Positions 53,793 to 64,000 of a stretch of 64,000 nucleotides of DNA are shown here, one piece after another. The stretch's first letter is position 1. Each line of letters begins with the position of its first letter. The notes below the pieces were generated by a model. The model was not told where the DNA came from and made no database searches. It saw only the letters and a list, made by a program, of their open reading frames with translations. Both the position numbers and the translations under genes were made by a program. This DNA comes from Rhizophagus irregularis (taxonomy: Eukaryota): NCBI RefSeq assembly GCF_026210795.1, contig NC_089432.1, positions 5,828,001-5,892,000 on the forward strand. Direction: 5' to 3'.

Positions 53793-54719
53793 TTAATGCA
53801 TTAATGCAATGTTAGATTTAAAAGAGCACGTATATTAATAATAATTTGTAGTTTATATTTTTATTACGCAAGAATGATTTGTAGTTTATTTCTATATAAC
53901 AACGATTAAATATAGCAAGCAAATGTATTACTGTAAAATTGATTAGTATATTGCTATATAATATATTGCAACGAATAGTAATAAATTGATTAAAACAATT
54001 TGAAATATCGTGATTTCAATTACTGCCCGGCGTGTATTGTATCGTTTAACGATACTTTATGATAACCCAAATAAATACTTAAATATTATATAAATATAAG
54101 TAAAATATCAGAAATCCGATATTAACATAATATTTATCCGATTTGCACCTTATAGTTTATTAAAACTTCAAAAGATTCAGTTATTAATTTGGTAAATATT
54201 GGGCGTTTATTTGTAAAATAACAGAAACCCGATTCTTCACCAATAGAAATCCAATACTTATGAAGTATTTATGCCCGGTTGTATCCAGAAATGCAACAAG
54301 AACCTGAGCCCAATCGGGAATAAGTATCGGGATTGTATAATATATATATCTGTGAAGAATTAGTGAAGAATCGGGTACCTGAATTTTCTCTGATATGTTG
54401 TCATTCGACCAGTGAAACTATATTATTGAATAAATGATGTTTTAAATAAAGAATTTAATTAGTTTGAATTATATGTAAATATTATATAAATATAATAAAA
54501 ATATACCTTCTAAAATATTTAAATAAAAAATTTAGTTAGTTTAAATTATATGTAAATATTATATAAATATAATAAAAATTTACCATCTAAAAATATTTAA
54601 ATAATTTTTTAAATAAAGAATTTAGTTAATTTAAATTATATATAAATATATAACAAAATTAAATAAATAACTTACTTCCTATATTATTAAAATAAATAAT
54701 TTTTAAATAAAGAATTTAA

Positions 54720-55174
54720 GGCATGATCCGCCTAAGAATGGCAGCAAACTACTATATAAATTCGGGGGAAAAAATTAAAACCAAAAAAAGGCATTATCTC
54801 ATGATCCAGTGATTGGATTTTGATGATCCCTTTTCGAGTTTATAGCTTTCGATGCACTCTTCAAAACAAAATCGAAATTGGACTGGTATATCACAATATA
54901 ATCACAAAAAATGATTTTTTCCAGGTAAATCTTCCGATGCCCCCGATAAATCTTCCGTTGCCCAGAAAAAATTATATTTGCAATTATCTTGTGATATATT
55001 GGTCCAATTTTAAATATCTTTTTTTTATTTTAAAGAGTACATCAAAAGCTATAACCTCAAAAAGGGATCATTAAAATCCAATCACTGGATCACGAGATAA
55101 TGCCTTTTTTTGGTTTTAATTTTTTCCCCCGAATTTATATAGTAGTTTGCTGCCGTTCTTAGGCGGATCATGCC
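54720..55174. mobile_element. Foldback MITE with very long TIRs at a TTAA site (Kolobok-like if the termini are GG)
   Basis: GGCATGATCCGCCTAAGAA...TTCTTAGGCGGATCATGCC, with arms complementary for roughly 200 bp. The TSD reads as TTAA, or as TA with AGG termini. Confidence 0.85.
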
Positions 55175-56039
55175 TTAATTAGTTTAAATTATATGTAAAT
55201 ATTATATAAATATAATAAAATTAAATAAATAACTTACTCCCTATATTATTAAATAAATAATTTTTTAAATAAATAATTTAATTAGTTTAAATTATATATA
55301 AATTATATAAATATAATAAAATTAAATAAATGACTTACCAACTATATTATTAAATAAATAATTTTTTAAATAAAGAATTTAGTTAGTTTAAATTATATAT
55401 AAATATTATATAAATATAATAGAAATTTACCATCTAAAATATTTGAATAATTTTTAAATAAAAATTTAATTAGTTTGAAATTATATATAAATATTATATA
55501 AATATAATAGAAATTTACCATCTAAAATATTTAAATAATTTTTTAAATAAAGAATTTAATTAGTTCAAATTATATATAAATATTATATAAAAATAATAGA
55601 AATTTACCATCTAAAATATTTAAGTAATTTTTAAATTTAGTTTAAATTATATATAAATATTATATAAATATAATAGAAATTTACCATCTAAAATATTTGA
55701 ATAATTTTTTAAATAAAGAATTTGATTAGTTTAAATTATATACAAATATTATATAAATATAATAGAATTAAAATAAATAACTTACGAACTATATTATTAA
55801 ATAAATAATTTTTTAAATAATGAATTTAGTTAGTTCAAATTATATGTAAATATTATATAAATATAATAGAAATTTGCCTTCTAAAGTATTTGAATAATTT
55901 TTTAAATAAACAATTTAATTAGTTTAAATTATATATAAATATTATATAAATATAATAGAATTAAATAAATAACTTACTCCCTATATTATTAAATAAAGAA
56001 TTTTTAAATAAAGAATTTAATTAATTTAAATTATATATA

Positions 56040-56204
56040 GAAATAATGTATTTACCGCACCCTGCGTTACAAATTTATATATATTTGTATGTTTATCATT
56101 TGCCATTTTAAGGGGGTACAGTGTATAAACTAAAGATTGACATAAACAATTTACAAAAAAAGAAGGATGCGTTGTAATGCAGGGTGCAGTAAATAAATTC
56201 ACTC
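56040..56204. mobile_element. Mutator-like MITE
   Basis: TIR core TATTTAC(C/T)GCACCCTGC(G/A)TTACAA and 9-bp TSD TTATATATA. Confidence 0.75.
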
Positions 56205-57514
56205 TTATATATAAATGTTATATAAATATAATAAAAATTAAATAAATAACTTACGAACTATATTATTAAATAAAAATTTAGTTAGTTTAAATTATATATA
56301 AATATTATATAAATATAATAGAAACTTACCATCTAAAATATTTGAATAATTTTTAAATAAAGAATTTAATTAGTTTATAAATATTGTATGAATATAATAG
56401 AATTAAATAAATAACTTACAATCTATATTATTAAATAAATAATTTTTTAAATAAAAAATTTAATTAATTTAAATTATATATGAATATTGTAAAAATATAA
56501 TAAAATTAAATAAATAACTTACTCCCTATTAATAATTTTTTAAATAAAAAATTTAGTTAGTTTAAATTATATGTAAATATTATATATATATAATAGAAAT
56601 TTACCATCTAAAATATTTGAATAATTTTATAAATAAAGAATTTAGTTAGTTTAAATTATATATAAATATTATATAAATATAATAGAATTAAATAAATAAC
56701 TTACAAACTATATTATTAAATAAATATTTTTTTAAATAAAGAATTTAGTTAGTTTAAATTATATATAAATATTATATAAATATATACTAATAGAAATTTA
56801 CCCTCTAAAATATTGAAATAAAGAATTTAGTTAGTTAGTTAGTTTAAATTATATATAAATATTATATAAATATAATAGAAATTTACCATCTAAAATTTTT
56901 GAATAATTTTTTTAAATAAAAAAATTTAGTTAGTTTAAATTATATATAAATATTATATAAATATAATAGAAATTACCCTCTAAAATATTTGAATAATTTT
57001 TTAAATAAAGAATTTAGTTAGTTTAAATTATATATAAATGTTATATAAATATAATAGAAATTTACTCTCTAAAATATTTAAATAATTTTAAATATAAAAT
57101 TTAGTTAGTTAAATTATATGTAAATGTTATATAAATATAATTGAATTAAATAAATAACTTACGAACTATATTATTAAATAAGTTTTTAAATAAAAGATTT
57201 AGTTAGTTTAAATTGTATATAAATATTATATAAATATAATAAAATTAAATAAATAACTTACATACTATATTATTAAATAAATAATTTGAAATAAAAAATT
57301 TAGTTAGCTTAAATTATATATAAATACTATGCAAATATAATAGAAATTTACTTTCTAAAATATTTGAATAATTTTTTAAATAAAGAATTTAGTTAGTTTA
57401 AATTATATGTAAATATTATATAAATATAATAATATAATAGAAATTTACCATCTAAAATATTATTTAAATAATTTTTAAATAAAGAATTTAGTTAGTTTAA
57501 ATTATATGTAAATA

Positions 57515-58126
57515 GAAAAAAATTATTTCTTATCTGGGTGATTTCTCACCCCTTCTGAATTTAATATATAAAAATGACATCATACTAATTATTTACCGAT
57601 TATTTTCAAAAGAAAAATAATGTAATTTTTGACAAAAAAAATCTTTTAAAAATAAAACTTAATTCGTGATCTGGATGTCGATCAGTGAAAATTCGTAAAT
57701 AATAAGAATTTGCTGTTGCCACAAAGACAAGTCATTTTTTAATTTTCATCGGAAGGGAAATTAATAATGCATTCAAAAGCTGTGGTTTTTCTGCTATAAA
57801 ATACTGTGTAATATTTTCATTTTGTTGAACTGGATGCAGTGATAGATATCTTACCCACAAAAATGCCAATTAAATGAATTTCATTAATGATCTACAAAAT
57901 TTCACCCCATTTTTTGATAGTAATTTTCACTGATTTATAACCAGATCTCAAATTAATATAATTTTTGTATACTTTAAAATTACAATTTATGGGTAATTTT
58001 AACTGCTCTACAAATTTACTTAATACCTTAAGAAAGGTTATAAATACCATTTTTGACATTTTCAATAATTTATGATTTGGGGATGAGAAATATTAAATCT
58101 TACCCAAGGTGAGAAATAAATTCATC
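57515..58126. mobile_element. Mutator-like MITE, degenerate
   Basis: 10-bp TSD TATGTAAATA and imperfect TIR (TTATTTCT.A.CT.GG). Confidence 0.65.
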
Positions 58127-59860
58127 TATGTAAATATTATTATATAAATATAATAGAATTAAATAAATAACTTACAAACTATAAATAAAGAATTAGTTAG
58201 TTTAAATTATATGTAAATATTATATAAATATAATAGAAATTTACCTTCTAAAATATTTGAATAATTTTTTAAATAAAGAATTTAGTTAGTTTAAATTATA
58301 TATAAGTATTATATAAATATAATAGAAATTTACCTTCTAAAATATTAGTTTAAATATTTTTTTAAATAGTTAGCTTAAATTATTATATGTAAATATTATA
58401 TAGATATAAGAAATAACTTACTTCCTATATTATTAAATAAATAATTTTTTAAATAAAGAATTTAGTTAGTTTAAATTATATGTAAATATTATATAAATAT
58501 AATAGAATTAAATAAATAACTTACGAACTATATTATTAAATAAATAAATTTTTAAATAAAAATTTAGTTAGTTAAATTATATATAAATATTGTATAAATT
58601 AATAGAATTAAATAAATAACTTACGAACTATATAATTAAATAAATAATTTTTTAAATAAAGAATTTGGTTAGTTTAAATTATATATAAATATTATATAAA
58701 TATAATAGAAATTTACCCTCTAAAATTTTGATAAATAAAAAATTTAATTAGTTTAAATTATATGTAAATATTATATAAATATAATAGAATTAAATAAATA
58801 ACTTACGAACTATATTATTAAATAAATAAATTTTTAAATAAAAATTTAGTTAGTTTAAATTATATATAAATATTATATAAATATAATAGAAATTTACCCT
58901 CTGAAATATTTGAATAATTTTTTAAATAAAGAATTTAGTTAGTTTAAATTAGTATATATAAATATTATATAAATATAATAGAAATTTACTATCTATGATA
59001 TTTGAATAATTTTTTAAATAAAGAATTTAGTTATTTAAATTATATGTAAATATTATATAAATATAATAGAATTAAATAAATAACTTACTCCCTATAATAT
59101 TAAATAAATAATTTTTTAAATAAAGAATTTTAGTTAGTATGTAAATATTATAAATATAATAAATATAATAGAATTAAATAAATAACTTACGAACTATAAT
59201 TATTAAATAAATAATTTTTTAAATAAAAAATTTAGTTAGTTTAAATTATATGTAAATATTATATAAATATAATAGAATTAAATAAATAACTTACAAACTA
59301 TAAACAATTTTTTAAATAAAGAATTTAGTTTGTTTAAATTATATGTAAATATTACATAAATATAATAGAATTTAAAATAAATAACTTACACCCTGTAATA
59401 TTATTAATTAATAATAATTTTGTAGTAAAGTAATTATAATCAATTATATAATTCTATATAAAAATTAAAATATATACAGTAACTTACAATCTAATTATTT
59501 AAATAAATAATATTATTAGTTTGAATTATATAAATATTTTTAAATTAATATAAAATTAAATACTTACTTGCTATAATATCAGTGATTATTAAACAATTAT
59601 AATAATGAAAAATTTAGTTATTTGAATATCATGTAAAATATAATAAAAATAAATAACTATTAACTTACTAACTATAATAACGTTAATAATAAAATAAATT
59701 ATTTGGTTATATAAAATATAATAGAAGTAAGTAATTTAATTATCATTCCAACAAGATATCCTATTACTTACGAGCTAATATATTAAAATAATTTTTAATG
59801 ATTAGTTTAAAAATTTAAATCATGTGTTTATTATTTACAAGCTGATAATTATTTTCTTAC

Positions 59861-59983
59861 CTTTATCTTCCTCAATTCTTGAAACTAGTTTTATTATATT
59901 GCAAATTTGTTTATAAAAATTTTAGATAATTTGTATTAGATTTATTTATATTCATGCTATATGTTTTTACCTTTATGAGCCAT
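59861..59983 (-). CDS. Putative first two exons of the micro-exon/kinase gene (59971-59983, 59861-59884)
   Basis: ATGGCTCATAAAG|gtaaaa...aactag|TTTCAAGAATTGAGGAAGATAAAG|gtaaga encodes MAHKVSRIEEDK, with both introns phase 1. A CCAAT box lies upstream (GATTGG near 60112). Confidence 0.6.
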
Positions 59984-60289
59984 TACTGAATAATTTTATT
60001 GGAAATCTTCCTAAAAAATAGGATAAATACAATTAAACGCCTTTGTTCGAGTATATATAGTTATTTGTGTAATATTAGCATAAGGGTACATTGGTTGATC
60101 AGCAAGGATCTGATTGGCTGAAATCAATTTTTATAACAGATTGATTTTTTCGTAATGCCGATTTTGAAGGTCTCACAAAAAATTCCAAGGAAAAGATCAT
60201 CTATTACTTCTTATTCTTGCTCACGTGAGTCTAGGAACCATTTTTATTAAAAAAAGACCAAGTTTTATTAAGTTTTATTGTCTTTAAAG

Positions 60290-60560
60290 TAAGGATGGTG
60301 CCGCAAATAGGCAATTGCGATTTGCGGTATTGCGGTATTGCGGATTATTTGCAATGTTGCAATATTCGCTAATAATAAATGTCTTCGCAATGTTTTTTAT
60401 CAAAGCAATAAAAACGTTGCGAAAACGTTTTTTTAAAATTAAATTACTTATTATTAACGTTAAAAAACGTTGAAAAAACGTTTCGCAACGTTTTTCGTTG
60501 AATTAATTATAAAAACGTTGCGAAAACGTTTTTTCAATTAAAATTACTTTGAAACCCACA
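60290..60560. mobile_element. Terminus of a hAT element related to 15371-17171
   Basis: TAAGGATGGTGCCGCAAATAGGCAATTGCG nearly matches the 17171/28208 end; TTGCG and AACGTT subterminal repeats follow. Confidence 0.65.
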
Positions 60561-61992
60561 TTAATTTCTTTCTACGATGAAGGGATTGAAAAGTTTCAAA
60601 ATTGTACTAGGTTGATATGCGCACAGCATTAGATAATCAATATGATTGGGAGCAACAGCACCTGTCTTGGAATCTACGGATTCTCCAACGCAACGAACAA
60701 AGTCACATGGTAATATTGTCAACAAGACTCAACGAACTTCAGGAAATCAACAGATTTCTAAGAATTCCAAGAAGACAAAATCCGAGAAGCCTAAGAAGCA
60801 AGATTGAAGATCTTAGTGGAAATATTAGACGCTTTACGTAAATTAATTTAGTATGGGACTAAATTTCTTTAGGTTTTAAAATAAATTAGTTTGTAGTACA
60901 GGGTATATAACGAATAAATATAGAAGAGTATAATAGTAATATATGATTCGTTTTATGTAATGTTTCTTCGAAACTTTGATGTATTCTATTTTATTTTCTA
61001 ATAATGAATCATAACTTGCATGTTCGATGTTTTCATGTTCGTCTGTTAAGAATTTAATGCTATGCATTGGCGTTTACATATTTTCGAATCATAATATGGT
61101 CAAAGGATTGTCTCTTACTCTATTAAAGGTTAAAAAAATTCTTATTCGTTGATGAAGTCACGTGAAACTTTATATTCTTGGGATCGCTACCAGTCATGTG
61201 ATCAAAATTCGTGACCTTTGGGTCACAGGCTCACAATAAAGCAGAACTGCGGATTGGCGATATGTCGAAGTGCCGTTTTTGATTATCATTCCATTTTACC
61301 TAAAATGTATCATTTGTAAAATAAGCATGACAACCGATTAAGACTAGTACCATAGGACATCCTTAGGTTGCGAATTAAGTTTTTCGACAATGATTAGAAA
61401 CATTAGTCCGCATTAAAAACCAAACTGTGAAAAAAGCTATATTTTCTTGTAGCTCTCATCATTACTACTTTGCAATCGCAAATAATTTATAGGTCTTGTA
61501 GAATTACTGAATGGAGATCATTGTAATCCGATCATGAAGACAGGCAAATTATCCCTACTGTGTTGTGTTTCGCCACCAGCACAGCATAGCGGACATCCCT
61601 ATTTTATCACAATTTTGCCGATCATTTGCCGATCATTTGTTGATCACTATTTTATCATATCACATTTAATATTAGATTTTTTTTAAAGTTAATCTCAGTT
61701 ATCTCAGCATCCAGTGATCAGAATTTTATGATTTTTAGCTTGTTAGAAAGCTTAGGGACTTGATGAATCCGATCATCTTTATTTTACAAAATTTGGAGTT
61801 ATATATCTTGAGATATTTGCATTCGGAATCTTCTAATTATTTTATTATATAATTTATCTTATTAGTTGGAGTAATTATACAATTATAATTCATTAATTTT
61901 CATTAATCAAAATAAAATATTAATTTTTATTATTAAAAAATTTCAATAAAGTGACTTTTGCAATTTAATAAAAATTATTATATTAATACTAA

Positions 61993-64000
61993 TTATATAT
62001 CATTATAATTTAACCATTGTTGATACATTATATCATATTGATTTTCTACATCACATTCTGTTCTTTCTAATATGTTTTCAATATTCTCTTCTTCATCATT
62101 TTCATCATCATTATTATTTTCCTTTTCAAATAAAGGGATTTCATTTTCTTTTAATGATGTCGACAATCTTTGATCCAAACTCTTAATATTTTTCTCAATT
62201 CCAGATGATAAATAATCAAAACAAAAATTACATTTATCATCATATAAAGTACTTAAACATTCTTTTAAAAACTGGGTCCACAAAGTAAAACAATTCCATT
62301 AGATAAATCTATACTATTTGATAATAAACAATTATTTGCATCACAAAATTTATCATCTGCTGGTATTTTTTGTGTATTCCAGCCTAAAGGAAGTACCTTT
62401 ACATCCACTTCAATATCAAAACTTGGAAGATAAAATTTTGGATATCTATCATTATTAATTTGTTTTGTATTTCCTATATTCTGATGAATCTTATCAAATA
62501 TTGAGAATAAAAATAATGAAACCTTTTTTCTAAAGATTTTAATTCTTTAATTTGAGACTTAGCTGGATTTCTCAAATTAACAAAAGAATTTTTAAAAGGA
62601 TTATTATTTCTTTCAGCATCAATAATTTTTGCTTTTTGTATAATTTGTAACTCTGAATTTGATTCTGCTGTTTGATGCCTTAAAGAGCTATGAAAATTTT
62701 CAACAAAATAATCATTAAAAATTGGTAAATTATTTTTTAAAATATTAATTATTGGATGATTTTTTGAAGTCCAATAAAATACATCACTTAAAAACATAAG
62801 TGGTACTTTATTATAATTATGTCTTCTCAATCTTTGAAATAATATCCAAATTTTTACAGTACTTTCTAAATATCCTTCAAAAAATCCACTTCTAAAAAGT
62901 ATTGCATATATATCAAAATAAGTGGAATAGAATTATCTAATAAATCTATCATCATTTGATATTCTGCATCTTTTAAATTTCCAAATCTTTTTGTAACAAT
63001 ATCACGAATATTTTTCCATCCATGATAAGTTAAATGTAAAATAAGATTGATTACTGTTTGTTTTGGTTTTTGAGATAATATTTTTTCTCCAAATAAGTTA
63101 TGATATAGCATCTCAAAAAAGAAATGATATGTTTGAAATAGTATTTCTCTGCTGTTTAAAGAGACATGAAGTGGACCTATCATAGGAATTAAATTTAACA
63201 CTTGCTCTGGAACTCCAGAATTAATGCCTTTCTTAATTCTAAGTGTTATAGCTCTTCTTATATTTACTTGTCCTGGCCAATCAGCAATTACAGGAATGAT
63301 AAAATTATTTAAATAATTTTCTTCAATATTTTCTAATCTTTCAAATGCTTTAAATACATAATCTAAACATTCAATATAATCCTTAAGTACTATGTAAAGG
63401 ATGCAAAATAAAGTCTACTAATTTGCTATTAGACATTGATCTTAATTCATGGTAATTTTGAATTCTACCATCATAATTATGAATATTAAGTAGTTCAACT
63501 CTATTTTCATAAGAATCTTCAATTAAAAAATTTTTCCATAATTCTTTTTGCATATAATAACTTTTACCTAATTGATTCATAAAATTATTTTTAATGTTAT
63601 TAATAATTAATCCAGAATCAATTCCTTTAGGATTATGTATTGAAAAATTATTTAATGAATAAAATGGTATTTTTGGAATTTTAGTATTTGTATTCAATAA
63701 TATTGTTACAAAATGATAAATATTGTGAGTTTGTAACAATGTTGGTTGATTACGCCTATGAATATTATGGTAATCATCTATATTAAGAATAAACATATTT
63801 TCTATATTTTGTAAACAATAATTATCTACAGTTTGTTGGTGTTCATTTGAAATAAAATTTTTTTTACGATTTACTGTTTTTCTTGTTACTGAAACTCCTA
63901 TATTTGCCAATGTATCAATAGAAGAAGAAGAAGCTCCAGAAGTTTCCAAGTATGATCCAATATCAACTTTAATTCCATTAATATATTTATTATTAATGCT
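61993..64000 (-). pseudogene. Frameshifted transposase-like gene (possibly DUF6589/Zisupton-related); 5' end outside the window
   Basis: NIDDYHNIH...PVIADWPGQ...IGPLHVSLN...RRHNYNK...FVENFHS, with a Cys-rich C-terminus, over at least four frame segments. Confidence 0.55.

Larger units (their letters stand above)
47971..54414. mobile_element. CMC-EnSpm (CACTG) DNA transposon with both termini present
   Basis: TIR CACTGGTC(A/G)AATGA, AAA on both sides, two divergent genes. Confidence 0.9.
39130..59780 (-). other. Tandem array of about 71 introns (about 80-110 nt) separated by 3-nt micro-exons; looks like an AT-rich satellite
   Basis: Minus-strand units read ...AAACTAA(C/T)TAAATT...TTTTAG|NNN|GTAAAT... 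or ...AATATAG|NNN|GTAAGT...; on the plus strand typically TTAC-NNN-CT. Examples: exons at 39404-06 (ATG), 40130-32 (TTC), 46950-52 (GGA), 56705-07 (TTT), 58898-900 (AGG), 59568-70 (CAA). Confidence 0.8.

Noticed and set aside
39130..59780. Plain centromeric or AT-rich satellite
   Set aside because: It does not explain the invariant AG-NNN-GT spacing, the branch points, the strand agreement with flanking exons, or variation concentrated in the 3 nt. It is not fully excluded without transcript data.
59839..59841. Additional micro-exon CTT (CAG|CTT|GTAAAT)
   Set aside because: It is only 19 nt from the exon-2 donor, too short an intron, so it was not counted.
60290..61365. Complete hAT element from TAAGGATG (60290) to CATCCTTA (61365)
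   Set aside because: Only 8 bp of terminal match, and the flanks differ (CTTTAAAG versus GGTTGCGA), so there is no TSD.

Overview
AT-rich eukaryotic DNA with short GT-AG introns; the gene and transposon families point to a fungus, most likely an arbuscular mycorrhizal (Glomeromycotina, Rhizophagus-like) genome, which is my inference. 0.5-7.2 kb holds four conserved intron-rich genes in two divergent pairs: a Slt2/Mpk1-type MAPK, proteasome alpha3, 60S protein P0 and an ARL5-like GTPase. 7.5-37.5 kb is nested, decayed mobile DNA. It includes MITEs, a Ty3-like gag-protease with a possible UGA-CUA readthrough, two inverted hAT-type elements, Crinkler/SAM-REase relics, and a Polinton/Maverick-like module (A32-type ATPase, integrase, Zn-ribbon nuclease) ending in a perfect 60-bp palindrome. 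The most striking feature is the AT-rich 'satellite' at about 39.1-59.8 kb. Read on the minus strand it is an array of about 71 short introns, each with donor and acceptor and most with a branch point, separating exons of exactly 3 nt. The exon sequence is hypervariable (19 different triplets). The array lies between an ATG-bearing 5' exon pair and a degenerate TKL kinase domain, and a LINE, a CACTG/EnSpm element and five MITEs have inserted into it. The window ends in a frameshifted transposase-like gene.
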